This document shows positions 9,739 to 18,934 of a stretch of DNA of 64,000 bases, piece after piece. The notes beneath the pieces are model-generated. The model saw nothing but the letters and a program-made list of their open reading frames with translations, was not told the origin of the DNA and did not search any database. Source of the stretch: Syntrophales bacterium (GTDB lineage: Bacteria > Desulfobacterota > Syntrophia > Syntrophales > UBA4778). The stretch is taken from NCBI GenBank assembly GCA_963665615.2, contig CAXXQE010000006.1:496001-560000 (forward strand), read 5' to 3'. The position numbers and the translations under genes are program-made. Numbering within the stretch: position 1 is the first letter of the stretch; every line of letters starts with the position of its first letter.

Positions 9739-10530
9739 TTATATTGCCTTGCGAATGCTTTTGGCAAAGGCTTCGACCTTTTTCAACAATTCCTTTTTCC
9801 CGCCGTATTGCTCGATGAGACGCACAAAGGCGCTGCCGATGACAACACCGTCGGCGTGCGGTGCGATTTGGGCCGCGTCCTCGGGCGACGTAATGCCGAA
9901 CCCCACAGCGATCGGCAGTTGCGTCAGTTTCCTGAGTCTCTTGACGTCGCTTCGGATGCTCCCAACAACGGGTTTGGCCGTGCCGGTCACACCGGTCACG
10001 GAGATGTAGTATAAGAAACCCGTCGCATTCCTGCAAATGGCGGCGGCACGTTTTGAGTCGGTCGTCGGCGCAATCAGGGAGATAAAGTCGATGCCGAGGG
10101 GATCGGTAAAGCGCCGCAACTCCCCGGCCTCTTCCGGCGGCAGATCCACCACCAGCACAGCGTCCACGCCGGCGGCCTTCGCATCCGCGGCAAAACGCTC
10201 ACAGCCGTAATGAAAGACGGGATTGAAATAGCCAAAGAGCACGATGGGGATCTGCGACGCGGTACGCAAATCTTTGATCAGCGCCAGGATGCCGGCAAGG
10301 GTCGTTCCGCTTTTGAGCGCACGCTGCGAGGCCACCTGAATAGCCGGTCCGTCTGCCGTGGGATCGGAAAAAGGCACGCCGACCTCCAGGATATCGACTC
10401 CCGACTTTTCCAACATCGGGATCAATGCCGCCGTGGTTTTGAGGTCGGGATCCCCCGCCGTGAGATAGGCGATCAGGGCCTTCGCGCCCTTACGGCGCAG
10501 AGCGGCAAATTTGTCTTCAATTCGTCCCAT
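9739..10530 (-). CDS. trpA: Tryptophan synthase alpha subunit
   Basis: EVGVPFSDPTADGP, GVTG, VGFGI, GSA motifs; operon context. Confidence 0.98.
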   Translation of the reverse strand: MGRIEDKFAALRRKGAKALIAYLTAGDPDLKTTAALIPMLEKSGVDILEVGVPFSDPTADGPAIQVASQRALKSGTTLAGILALIKDLRTASQIPIVLFGYFNPVFHYGCERFAADAKAAGVDAVLVVDLPPEEAGELRRFTDPLGIDFISLIAPTTDSKRAAAICRNATGFLYYISVTGVTGTAKPVVGSIRSDVKRLRKLTQLPIAVGFGITSPEDAAQIAPHADGVVIGSAFVRLIEQYGGKKELLKKVEAFAKSIRKAI

Positions 10531-10532
10531 GA

Positions 10533-11747
10533 TTACATCTCCATTTGGCGTGCGATGACGGCCGCATCCTTATCCCCCCTGCCGGAGAGATTGACCACGA
10601 TGATCTTGTTCTTTGCGAGCTTCGGCGCCACCTTCATGGCAAAGGCTACGGCGTGCGCGCTTTCCATCGCCGGAATGATCCCCTCGTAACGACATAGCAC
10701 CTTAAAGGCCTCCGTCGCCTCGGCATCGTCCACCGAGACGTATGCCGCCCGTCCGATCGAATGGAGGTAGCCGTGTTCCGGGCCGACGCCAGGATAATCG
10801 AGTCCCGCTGCAATCGAATAGGCATCGCGAACCTGGCCGTTGTCATCCTGAAGGAGATAGGTCTTGTTGCCATGCAGCACGCCGATGCTCCCCGCGGTGA
10901 TGCTGGCCGAGTGCAGGCCGGTCGCGAGCCCCTTCCCCGCCGCCTCGACCCCGACGAGTTTGACGCCCTCGTCCTTCCGGAAGGGATAGAACATCCCGAG
11001 GGCATTGCTGCCGCCGCCGACGCAGGCGATGAGGAGGTCGGGTAGTCGATTTTCCGCCTTGCGGATCTGCTTTTTCGTCTCCTCGCCGATCACGCACTGA
11101 AAATCACGGACCATCATCGGATAGGGGTGCGGTCCTGCCGTGGTTCCGATGATGTAAAAGGTGTCGCATACCCGAGAGACCCAGTGGCGCATCGCTTCGT
11201 TCATGGCGTCTTTGAGCGTCGCCGTCCCAGCGTGCACAGGCACCACCTCCGCGCCGAGCACCTTCATTCGAAAGACGTTGGGCGCCTGACGCTCGATATC
11301 CTCCGCCCCCATGAAGATGCAACATTCCATCCCGAAGAGGGCCGCCACCGTCGCCGTGGCTACGCCGTGCTGCCCCGCGCCGGTCTCGGCGATGACCCGC
11401 TTCTTTCCCATCCGGCGGGCAAGCAGGGCCTGTCCCAAGGTATTGTTAACCTTGTGCGAACCGGTGTGGTTCAGGTCCTCGCGCTTGAGGTAGATCTTTG
11501 CGCCGCCGAGGTAATGCGTCAGGCGCTCGGCGAAGAACAGCGGCGTCTCCCGTCCCGAATAGTCCCGAAGGTATCGTGCCAACTCGCCACGATAGACGGA
11601 ATCGCGGCGCGCCGCCTGATAGGCCGCCTCCAGTTCAATCAGGGCCGGCATCAGGGTTTCCGCTGCATAGCGTCCTCCGAAGATGCCAAAGTGCCCCATC
11701 CTGTCCGGCTTGGGGGGCATCGTAATTCTTTTGACGGATGCTTTCAT
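10533..11747 (-). CDS. trpB: Tryptophan synthase beta subunit
   Basis: [35 protein letters not shown]. Confidence 0.98.
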   Translation of the reverse strand: MKASVKRITMPPKPDRMGHFGIFGGRYAAETLMPALIELEAAYQAARRDSVYRGELARYLRDYSGRETPLFFAERLTHYLGGAKIYLKREDLNHTGSHKVNNTLGQALLARRMGKKRVIAETGAGQHGVATATVAALFGMECCIFMGAEDIERQAPNVFRMKVLGAEVVPVHAGTATLKDAMNEAMRHWVSRVCDTFYIIGTTAGPHPYPMMVRDFQCVIGEETKKQIRKAENRLPDLLIACVGGGSNALGMFYPFRKDEGVKLVGVEAAGKGLATGLHSASITAGSIGVLHGNKTYLLQDDNGQVRDAYSIAAGLDYPGVGPEHGYLHSIGRAAYVSVDDAEATEAFKVLCRYEGIIPAMESAHAVAFAMKVAPKLAKNKIIVVNLSGRGDKDAAVIARQMEM

Positions 11748-12433
11748 GACTCGAGCCTCGTAAATATTTTTTCTTTTGTCACAGCCTTTTCCGAATCGAT
11801 CCGGCGCACAAGCTCGATGACTCGACGGATTTTCTCCAGATCTTTGTGACGCGGAGAGATCTCGACGCCGCTGTTGAAATCCAGGGCGTCGGGTTCGACC
11901 GCGGCGATCGCCTCTGCCACATTGTCCGCCTTGAGCCCCCCGGCCAGGATCAGGCGGTGACGCGCCTTGAGCGCCTTTGCCATCTCCCAGTTTGCAAGCC
12001 GTCCCGTGCCGCCGTACTGCGGGTCGCCCGCCTCGCCGTCGCGCACCAGGCGGGGCGCATCGACCAGGATGGCCCGGGTCTCATACACGTCCGCAGCCTC
12101 GATATCCGCCAGCGTATGGGGAGACAGGCTCTTGATCACGCGCGCCGCGGGGAAGAGGCGGCAGAACTCGGCGGACTCGCTGCCGTGGAGCTGGATCAGG
12201 TCCAACCCGCAATAATCAACGATGTCCTGGAGGTTCGCCTGATCGGTGTTGACGAAGACGCCTACCTTGCAGACTTCGAGAGGGAGGCTCCGGATGATTT
12301 TGAGCGCTTGCTCCGGAAGAATGTAACGGGGACTCTGCGGAAAAAAGATAAACCCCACGGCATCGGCTCCGGCCTCACAGGCCGCCAGCGCGTCCGCCTT
12401 ATTCGTCATGCCGCATATCTTGACTTCAATCAT
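11744..12433 (-). CDS. trpF: Phosphoribosylanthranilate isomerase
   Basis: KICG, QLHG, GGTG, LAGGL, SGVE. Confidence 0.96.
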   Translation of the reverse strand: MIEVKICGMTNKADALAACEAGADAVGFIFFPQSPRYILPEQALKIIRSLPLEVCKVGVFVNTDQANLQDIVDYCGLDLIQLHGSESAEFCRLFPAARVIKSLSPHTLADIEAADVYETRAILVDAPRLVRDGEAGDPQYGGTGRLANWEMAKALKARHRLILAGGLKADNVAEAIAAVEPDALDFNSGVEISPRHKDLEKIRRVIELVRRIDSEKAVTKEKIFTRLES

Positions 12434-13209
12434 AGGCCCATCAATCCCTTCATCGTTTCTTCCACCCCACCTGAACGCATCAGGGTCTCACCGATCAGGA
12501 AGGCCCGAACGCCGTTGGCGGTCAGTGTTTCAATATCCCGTCGCGTCCGGATGCCGCTTTCACTGACTACGACCCGGCCCGCCGGAATGAAAGGCAGCAG
12601 GTCCAAGGTCGTCCCCAGATCGGTCACGAAGGTCTTCAGATTGCGATTGTTGATACCGACGATTTCAGCCCCCGCGGCCAGGGCCTTGTCCAGGTCGGCG
12701 CGATCATGCACCTCGACGAGTTGGGCCAGCCCCATGCCGGAAGCGATTCCGATATAGTCGCGCAACTGAACCTCGTCAAGCAAGGACGCAATCAGCAACA
12801 CGGCATCCGCGCCAATGGTCCGCGCCTCAAAGATCTGATAAGGGTCGATGATGAAATCCTTCCTCAGAACGGGAACCCCGACGGCCGCCCGGATCTCGGT
12901 GAGATAGCGGTCATTCCCCTCGAAAAAGTGCCGCTCGGTCAGGACCGAGATCGCCGCGGCGCCGCCCCGCTCATACTGAAACGCCTGATCCACCGGCCGG
13001 AAGTCCTCAATCAGCCTGCCCTTGGAGGGCGAGCTACGCTTGACCTCGGCGATGATCGCGCAGGAAGCCGATTCAAGCGCTGCCCTGAAATCACGCGTCG
13101 GCGGCATCTCCGGAATCCGCCGCTGCAACGCAACGAGCGGCACAGCGACCCTCAGCGCCTCCACCTCCTCGCGCTTCTTTTCAACAATACGTTTTAAAAT
13201 ATCCGTCAT
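12430..13209 (-). CDS. trpC: Indole-3-glycerol phosphate synthase
   Basis: IAEVKRSSPSKG, LRKDFI, GINNRNL, SESGI; start set at MTDIL. Confidence 0.96.
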   Translation of the reverse strand: MTDILKRIVEKKREEVEALRVAVPLVALQRRIPEMPPTRDFRAALESASCAIIAEVKRSSPSKGRLIEDFRPVDQAFQYERGGAAAISVLTERHFFEGNDRYLTEIRAAVGVPVLRKDFIIDPYQIFEARTIGADAVLLIASLLDEVQLRDYIGIASGMGLAQLVEVHDRADLDKALAAGAEIVGINNRNLKTFVTDLGTTLDLLPFIPAGRVVVSESGIRTRRDIETLTANGVRAFLIGETLMRSGGVEETMKGLMGL

Positions 13210-13220
13210 TCTTATGCTCG

Positions 13221-13269
13221 CTGGATTCCCGCCGGAGTTTATCCTCGCGAAGGCGAGGGCGTGAATGTC
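13221..13269. repeat. REP-like palindromic element (GGCGGGAATCCAG family) with an internal extra hairpin
   Basis: Reverse complement GACATTCACG...GGCGGGAATCCAG matches copies at 42365 and 62571. Confidence 0.6.
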
Positions 13270-13318
13270 AGATAAATTGCGTCCCGCTTCACGCCATCCC
13301 CCTTGGATCTGCTTTTGC

Positions 13319-13354
13319 CTGTCACTCGTCACTCGCTACTATTTACTAGTTACC
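13319..13354. repeat. Degenerate heptamer tandem array
   Basis: CTGTCACTCGTCACTCGCTACTATTTACTAGTTACC directly after the trpD stop. Confidence 0.6.
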
Positions 13355-13356
13355 AT

Positions 13357-14367
13357 TCACTGCCGTGTCATTTCCACCAGCGCGTCGAGCTTCTTCAGCG
13401 CCGCACCGCTGTCGATGCACGCTGCGGCAACGGCGAGTCCCTCTTTCAGACTCGCGGCCTTGTCGCCGGCCATGATGGCGAGAGCGGCGTTGAGCAGCAC
13501 GATCCTCCTCGGCGCGCCATCGCTGCCGCTCAGAACGGCGCGGGTGATGCCGGCATTGACCTGGGCATCGCCACCCTTGATCTCATCCAGCGAACAGACA
13601 TCACCGAAGAATTCCACCGGATCGATATCGTAAGTCGTAATCAGGCCGTTCTTCAGCTCGGAAACACGCGTGGCACCCGTGACGGTCGCCTCGTCGAGAC
13701 CGTCGGAACCGTGAACGATGAAGGCCCGTTTGGTGCCGAGATTGCGGAGCACGCCGGCAAACATCTCCGTCAGCCTGGGATCGTAAACCCCGATCAACTG
13801 CGCCGTGGCGCCTGCCGGATTGGTCAGCGGACCGAGCATGTTGAAGACGGTGCGGATGCCGATCTCGCGGCGCGGCCCGATGGCGTGTTTCATGGCCCCG
13901 TGGAGTTTTGCGGCGAAGAGAAAACCGATGCCGATTTGCTGAACGCACTCCTCGACCAGTTCGGGACCGATCTCGATATTAACCCCGAGAGCCTCCAGAA
14001 CATCGGCGCTGCCGCAACTGCTCGACACCGCGCGGTTGCCGTGTTTCGCCACGGTGAGTCCGGCGGCGGCGACCAAGAAGGCCGCGGTCGTGGAGATATT
14101 GAACGTGTTCATGCCGTCCCCGCCCGTCCCGCAGGTATCGACGATGACAGAAGAGCACGCATCGATGCGGGTGGCCTTTCGTCGCATGATCCTGGAGGCC
14201 CCGGTCACCTCGTCCACCGTTTCCCCCTTGATTCGCAGGGCTGTAATGAAGGCGGCAATCTGGGCAGGCGTCGCCTCCCCTTCCATGATTTCGGTCATGA
14301 CGGTCATCATCTCCGCCTCGGTCAGGTCCTTGCCGCCAACAGTCTTGGCAATCATCTCCTTAATCAT
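13357..14367 (-). CDS. trpD: Anthranilate phosphoribosyltransferase
   Basis: [24 protein letters not shown] motifs. Confidence 0.98.
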   Translation of the reverse strand: MIKEMIAKTVGGKDLTEAEMMTVMTEIMEGEATPAQIAAFITALRIKGETVDEVTGASRIMRRKATRIDACSSVIVDTCGTGGDGMNTFNISTTAAFLVAAAGLTVAKHGNRAVSSSCGSADVLEALGVNIEIGPELVEECVQQIGIGFLFAAKLHGAMKHAIGPRREIGIRTVFNMLGPLTNPAGATAQLIGVYDPRLTEMFAGVLRNLGTKRAFIVHGSDGLDEATVTGATRVSELKNGLITTYDIDPVEFFGDVCSLDEIKGGDAQVNAGITRAVLSGSDGAPRRIVLLNAALAIMAGDKAASLKEGLAVAAACIDSGAALKKLDALVEMTRQ

Positions 14368-14966
14368 TGCGGTGCCCCTCCCTCTCTTTGAGATTTGGCC
14401 TTCACCATATCCAGAAAATTCTTCAGAATCCGTTTGCCGTTCGGCGTCAGAATAGATTCGGGGTGAAATTGAATCCCTTCCACCATGTATGTCTTATGAC
14501 GGAGCCCCATGATCTCCTTCTCTTCGGTCTCGGCGCTGACTTCGAGAAAATCGGGCAGCGTGGCCCGATCAACGATCAGCGAGTGATAGCGCCCAGCCAC
14601 AAAGGGATTGGGAATCCCCTTGAAGATCGTCCGGCCGTCGCTGGTCACATTGGAGGTCTTGCCGTGCATGAGGCGTCCTGCCCGAACGACATCGGCGCCG
14701 AAGGCGTATCCAATCGCCTGATGACCGAGACAGACGCCCATAATGGGCTTCTCTTTGTGAAAGGTCTTAACGACATCGACGGTAATCCCTGCCTCGCGCG
14801 GACTGCACGGCCCGGGCGACAGGAAGATCGCTTCCGGGTCCATTTCACGGATCTGGTCCAGCGTGATCTCGTCGTTGCGATAGACCCGAACATCCGCTCC
14901 CAACTGCCCCAGATATTGGACGAGATTGTATGTAAAAGAATCGTAATTATCAATCATCAGTATCAT
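14364..14966 (-). CDS. trpG: Anthranilate synthase component II (class I GATase)
   Basis: [28 protein letters not shown]. Confidence 0.96.
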   Translation of the reverse strand: MILMIDNYDSFTYNLVQYLGQLGADVRVYRNDEITLDQIREMDPEAIFLSPGPCSPREAGITVDVVKTFHKEKPIMGVCLGHQAIGYAFGADVVRAGRLMHGKTSNVTSDGRTIFKGIPNPFVAGRYHSLIVDRATLPDFLEVSAETEEKEIMGLRHKTYMVEGIQFHPESILTPNGKRILKNFLDMVKAKSQREGGAPQ

Positions 14967-14990
14967 AATTTCCTCCGCCCCGCTTTTCAA

Positions 14991-15025
14991 AGTTCTGGGT
15001 TCCGGGTTCTGTGTTCAGAGTTTCG
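14991..15025. repeat. Degenerate heptamer tandem array
   Basis: AGTTCTG GGTTCCG GGTTCTG TGTTCAG AGTTTCG. Confidence 0.6.
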
Positions 15026-15073
15026 AACTTAATTATTCTTGTCAACCGTAAACCGGATACCGTCGCGTCAGCC

Positions 15074-15192
15074 AGTCGTTTTAAAAGGTTTAGATGCAAG
15101 GCATCGCGCAGTTCCGAGGAGCGCAGCGTATATGTTAATACGTGAGCACCGCAGGGACAAGGCAACACAGCAGATGGGCCTTTTCAACAGCC
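15074..15192. mobile_element. MITE-like non-autonomous element (copy 1)
   Basis: Ends in CTTTTCAACAGCC; internal blocks GATGCAAGGC, AGCGCAGCGTATA, GTGAGCA, GCAACACAGCAGA shared with 48431-48575. Confidence 0.65.
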
Positions 15193-15197
15193 GGGCC

Positions 15198-16691
15198 TTA
15201 GCCCATGATTTCGAAGCCGTTAGCCGCCAACCGCACCGCCCGGACCATGCCCTCGGCCTTGTTGACGGTCTCCTGATATTCCTTTGCAGGATCGGAGTCG
15301 GCCACGATCCCCGCCCCAGCCTGAACGTATGTCCTGCCATTCTGAATCATGAGGGTCCGGATGGTGATGCAGAAATCCATGTTTCCCGTATAGCTGAAAT
15401 AGCCGACTGCACCGCCATAGGGACCACGCCGCGTGGGCTCCATCTCCTCGATGATCTCCATGGCGCGAATCTTCGGCGCTCCGGAGAGTGTCCCGGCAGG
15501 CAGTGTCGCCTTGAGGACATCGAAGGCTGTCTTGTCAGGCAGCAGGTGTGCCTGGACATTGGAAACCAGGTGCATGACATGCGAATAGCGTTCGACCGTC
15601 ATGAGCTGATTGACCTGCACGCTGCCTATCTCCGCAATCCGCCCCAGGTCGTTGCGCCCAAGATCGACCAACATGACGTGTTCCGCCCTTTCTTTCGGGT
15701 CTTGAAGCAGCTCGTCGGCGAGATGCCGATCCTCTTGCTCGTCACGGCCGCGCGGCCGCGTACCTGCGATGGGCCGGACCTCCACCACGCCCTCTTCGAG
15801 GCGCACCATGACCTCGGGAGAGGAGCCGATCAGATAGAAATCATTCATTTTGAGGAAGAAGAGATAGGGCGAAGGATTGACGTAGCGCAGCGCCCGATAG
15901 AGGTCGATAGGCCCAAGGGTATTCTCCAGTTCGAAACGCTGCGATAGCACAACCTGGATGATGTCGCCTGCAACGATATACTCCTTGGCCTTTTCCACCA
16001 TGGTCATGAAATCACCCTTGCTCATATTCGATTTGAGCGCAATGCCGTTTTTCGGAGTTGCCGTCTCCGGCAGGCCCGTCCGCATGATTCGGAAGAGCTC
16101 GTCGATCTTGGCGGTGCAGGCGCTGTATGCCTCCCGGAGTATCTCCTCGCGCTGTTCCCCCTCGGCGATTTCGGCGCAGGCCACGGCCTTGAGGGTATGG
16201 CGAACATTGTCGAAGACGCAGAAAGTATCGGTCATGAGAAAGACAGCGTCCGCCGCGCCCAAGCTTTCGCGACCATAATCGGGAAGCCTCTCAAAATAGC
16301 GCACCATATCGTAGCCGAGGAAACCAACGGCCCCGCCGTAAAAACGCGGCAGTCCCGCGACATGGGCAGGTTTGTAGCCGTCCATCAATTCCTGGAGATA
16401 TCGCAGCGGATCGCCGTGATGCGGAAAACGCCTGGATGCGCCATTCTGCGCGACTACCACCTCGCCCCCAACCACCTGGAAGACAGTCCGCGGGTCGGCG
16501 CCGATAAAGCTATAGCGCGCCCACTTCTCACCGCCCTCAACGCTTTCGAAGAGAAAGGCGTAGGGCCGGTTGCTCAGTTTGGTCAGAACGGACAGGGGCG
16601 TTTCCATGTCGGCCAGAACCTCCCGGTAAACCGGGATCAGGTTGCCGATCTGCGCCAGCTCTTTAAAAGTTTCAAAATCGGGGTAGTACAT
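15198..16691 (-). CDS. trpE: Anthranilate synthase component I
   Basis: LFESVEGG, NPSPY, PIAGT, EHVMLVDLGRND, AGAGIVADS. Confidence 0.97.
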   Translation of the reverse strand: MYYPDFETFKELAQIGNLIPVYREVLADMETPLSVLTKLSNRPYAFLFESVEGGEKWARYSFIGADPRTVFQVVGGEVVVAQNGASRRFPHHGDPLRYLQELMDGYKPAHVAGLPRFYGGAVGFLGYDMVRYFERLPDYGRESLGAADAVFLMTDTFCVFDNVRHTLKAVACAEIAEGEQREEILREAYSACTAKIDELFRIMRTGLPETATPKNGIALKSNMSKGDFMTMVEKAKEYIVAGDIIQVVLSQRFELENTLGPIDLYRALRYVNPSPYLFFLKMNDFYLIGSSPEVMVRLEEGVVEVRPIAGTRPRGRDEQEDRHLADELLQDPKERAEHVMLVDLGRNDLGRIAEIGSVQVNQLMTVERYSHVMHLVSNVQAHLLPDKTAFDVLKATLPAGTLSGAPKIRAMEIIEEMEPTRRGPYGGAVGYFSYTGNMDFCITIRTLMIQNGRTYVQAGAGIVADSDPAKEYQETVNKAEGMVRAVRLAANGFEIMG

Positions 16692-16797
16692 CGTCTAGCT
16701 CCTCAATCGGTTGTCAGTTACCAGTTAACGGTTTTCAGCAAGCGGCCGCCATTTATCTTTCAACCGAGCACCGGGGACCGCCTATAGAAATCTGCTT

Positions 16798-16836
16798 TAA
16801 TAAAAAAAGCCGTGAACTTGCTTAGTCACGGCTTCT
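16798..16836 (-). terminator. Second trp leader terminator hairpin
   Basis: Minus strand AAGCCGTGA...TCACGGCTT followed by TTTTTATT. Confidence 0.8.
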
Positions 16837-16839
16837 TCA

Positions 16840-16884
16840 AAAATAAAAAAAGCCGTGGTAACCGGAAAAGGTTGCCACGGCCTC
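16840..16884 (-). terminator. trp attenuator terminator hairpin
   Basis: Minus strand GGCCGTGGCAACC-TTTTCC-GGTTACCACGGCT followed by TTTTTTATTTT. Confidence 0.88.
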
Positions 16885-16901
16885 ATTAAGTCATTAATCG
16901 G

Positions 16902-16976
16902 TCAGCAGTGGACAAACCCCTCCCCGGCGCTTCGCCACCACCACCAGTTCGTATTTGTCGCTGCCTGAATTAACAT
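16902..16976 (-). CDS. trpL: trp operon leader peptide MLIQAATNTNWWWWRSAGEGFVHC
   Basis: 24-codon ORF with four consecutive TGG codons upstream of terminators and trpE; too short for the ORF track. Confidence 0.92.
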   Translation of the reverse strand: MLIQAATNTNWWWWRSAGEGFVHC

Positions 16977-17004
16977 TGTTTTCTCTTTGATTAACGTTGT
17001 TCAC

Positions 17005-17033
17005 CTTTTAGCAGGCCCAGCCAGCCCTGTCAA
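17005..17033 (-). promoter_or_regulatory. Putative sigma70 promoter of the trp operon
   Basis: Minus strand TTGACA-N17-TAAAAG about 30 bp before trpL. Confidence 0.65.
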
Positions 17034-17136
17034 CAGCTAATTGCCGGGAAGGTCGCTCCGCAATTTCCCATAGCCTGATTCCGCTTTACATATTATACTG
17101 AAAAAAATTATATCATTTGATATATGAGCGGTTTCC

Positions 17137-17307
17137 ATGAGCAAAACGACAACGTATATCATCGGAGCGATTTGCTTCGTCATCCTTGTCGCCGCCTATC
17201 TCTATGCAGCGGTCAAGTATACCAGGCCCTGCGCGGAATGCGACAAAAGGGGCACAGCAGCCCAGACATCGCCGGCTCCGGTGATCACGCTACCGGCGAC
17301 GAAGTAA
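17137..17307 (+). CDS. Small membrane protein (56 aa, one TM helix, CxxC)
   Basis: Manual translation MSKTTTYIIGAICFVILVAAYLYAAVKYTRPCAECDKRGTAAQTSPAPVITLPATK. Confidence 0.55.
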   Translation: MSKTTTYIIGAICFVILVAAYLYAAVKYTRPCAECDKRGTAAQTSPAPVITLPATK

Positions 17308-17329
17308 AAACCGATTAAACCACTTTAAT

Positions 17330-17584
17330 ATGCCCCTTGCCATTGTTGCCAGCGCCATCACGATCATCAATCTCCCTTTCGGTTACTGGAGAGCGCAAAC
17401 GAAACGGTTTTCAGCGGTTTGGTTTCTCGCCGTCCACCTGCCGATTCCGTTGATTGTCATTGTTCGAACCCTTGGAGACATCGGTTGGCATCTGCAAACG
17501 TTCCCCCTTTTGGCGGGCGCATATCTTCTGGGGCAATATCTGGGCGACCGGCTTTATCAACGATACGGGGGAAAACGTCAATGA
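17330..17584 (+). CDS. Small hypothetical membrane protein
   Basis: 84 aa hydrophobic; NLPFGYWR...WFLAVHLPIP...GQYLG. Confidence 0.7.
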   Translation: MPLAIVASAITIINLPFGYWRAQTKRFSAVWFLAVHLPIPLIVIVRTLGDIGWHLQTFPLLAGAYLLGQYLGDRLYQRYGGKRQ

Positions 17585-17613
17585 AATGGAACGCGCCGAA
17601 AGGAAACGACGCT

Positions 17614-18846
17614 TCACCTGCTAAATAACACCCCCAAGACCCCGTCGATCTCCGAAAGCGCCGCGAGAAGGCAAGCGGCCTCCGCCGGCTTGAGGTTTCG
17701 CGAGACCGCCTCTGAAAGGCCTTCCAACAGCGCATCGCAGGCCGCCTTCACGTTGAGGTCCTGATCCATCTTTCTGGTAAAGGCCTTTCTCAGGCGCGCG
17801 CCGCCCGAAAAACCGGATGCTTCCAGACGCTTGCCAGATCGGGCAATCCTGCCAAGGGTCTGAACAAATGCTTTGAGGGCGGTCAGTCGCTCCGCAGCAT
17901 ACCGCATCGTTTTTTCCGAATAGTTGAGCCGCTGCCGGTAGTGATTGTCGATCAAGAAGAAGCGGATCTCGGCGGGTCTGAACCCGCGTGCCATCAGATT
18001 GTCGGTATAGAGAACGTTGCCCTTGCTCTTGGACATCTTCTGCCCCCGGACGACCAGGTGCTCGCAGTGCAGCCAGTAACGGGCCATGGGATAGGGGCGC
18101 ACCGATTCGAGAATGGCGCGCGAATAGTCGTGATGACGCACGAGGTTGTCTATTCCGCCGCAATAGATCGACAGGGTTTCCTCAAAATGACGGCTGACGA
18201 GGACGGCGTCCTGTACGTTCCACGCAGGACGTCCGATACCGAGCCTCGTCTTCCAATGGGTCTCCTCGTGCTCCGTACAGCCGTGCCACAAAATGAAATC
18301 GCCGAGGTTCCAGCGCATGCCGGGATAGGTGTCCTTTCCATAGCGCCTCCGGGTCTTCGGCCACCGAGACATGTCAAGCCCGTAGAGCTGACCGAAACCC
18401 GGGAAGGTCAGCGGATCGAAATAGATGTCGCAGTCATGACGGTAGGCGGCCCCCTTGTCCATGAGCGCTTCGATCAGGCGAACGGTTTCGGGAATGGCGC
18501 GCGAGGCACGCGGCAGGTAGTCGGGCTTGAGCATGCCGAGTAGCTTCATTTCCTTGAGAAAGCCTTGGATATTGCGCGTCGTCAGCTTCCCGACGGACAG
18601 CCGCGCCTTCTGCGCCTCGGTAACGGCCTTGTCCTCGATGTCGGTAAAGTTCATGCCGCGCTGGACCTGGTAGCCCGAGAAACGCAGGTATCGAACCAGG
18701 ATGTCCTCAAAGAGGAAGGTCCGAAAATTACCGATGTGAGCCCGCTGATAGATGGACGGGCCGCAGGTGAAAATGGTGACACATCCCGGCGTGACTGGCT
18801 GGAAGGGTTGCAGGTGTTTACCCAGTGAATTGTAGAGATGCAGCAT
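17614..18846 (-). CDS. Cysteinyl-tRNA synthetase-like protein (divergent, C-terminally short paralog)
   Basis: TCGP, HIGN, NFTDIEDK, DFILW, GRPAW, KMSKSKGN; Zn ligands altered. Confidence 0.85.
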   Translation of the reverse strand: MLHLYNSLGKHLQPFQPVTPGCVTIFTCGPSIYQRAHIGNFRTFLFEDILVRYLRFSGYQVQRGMNFTDIEDKAVTEAQKARLSVGKLTTRNIQGFLKEMKLLGMLKPDYLPRASRAIPETVRLIEALMDKGAAYRHDCDIYFDPLTFPGFGQLYGLDMSRWPKTRRRYGKDTYPGMRWNLGDFILWHGCTEHEETHWKTRLGIGRPAWNVQDAVLVSRHFEETLSIYCGGIDNLVRHHDYSRAILESVRPYPMARYWLHCEHLVVRGQKMSKSKGNVLYTDNLMARGFRPAEIRFFLIDNHYRQRLNYSEKTMRYAAERLTALKAFVQTLGRIARSGKRLEASGFSGGARLRKAFTRKMDQDLNVKAACDALLEGLSEAVSRNLKPAEAACLLAALSEIDGVLGVLFSR

Positions 18847-18934
18847 AGCGCTCCTTTGCAGATACCTTGCCTCTCGATGGAAGATTAAGGCTACCCTATT
18901 TCGAAGACGAGAAAAAGCAAAACCTGCACAGTTC

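Noticed and set aside
17124..17318. 64-aa ORF from the track
   Set aside because: The overlapping frame 17137-17307 gives a more plausible membrane protein
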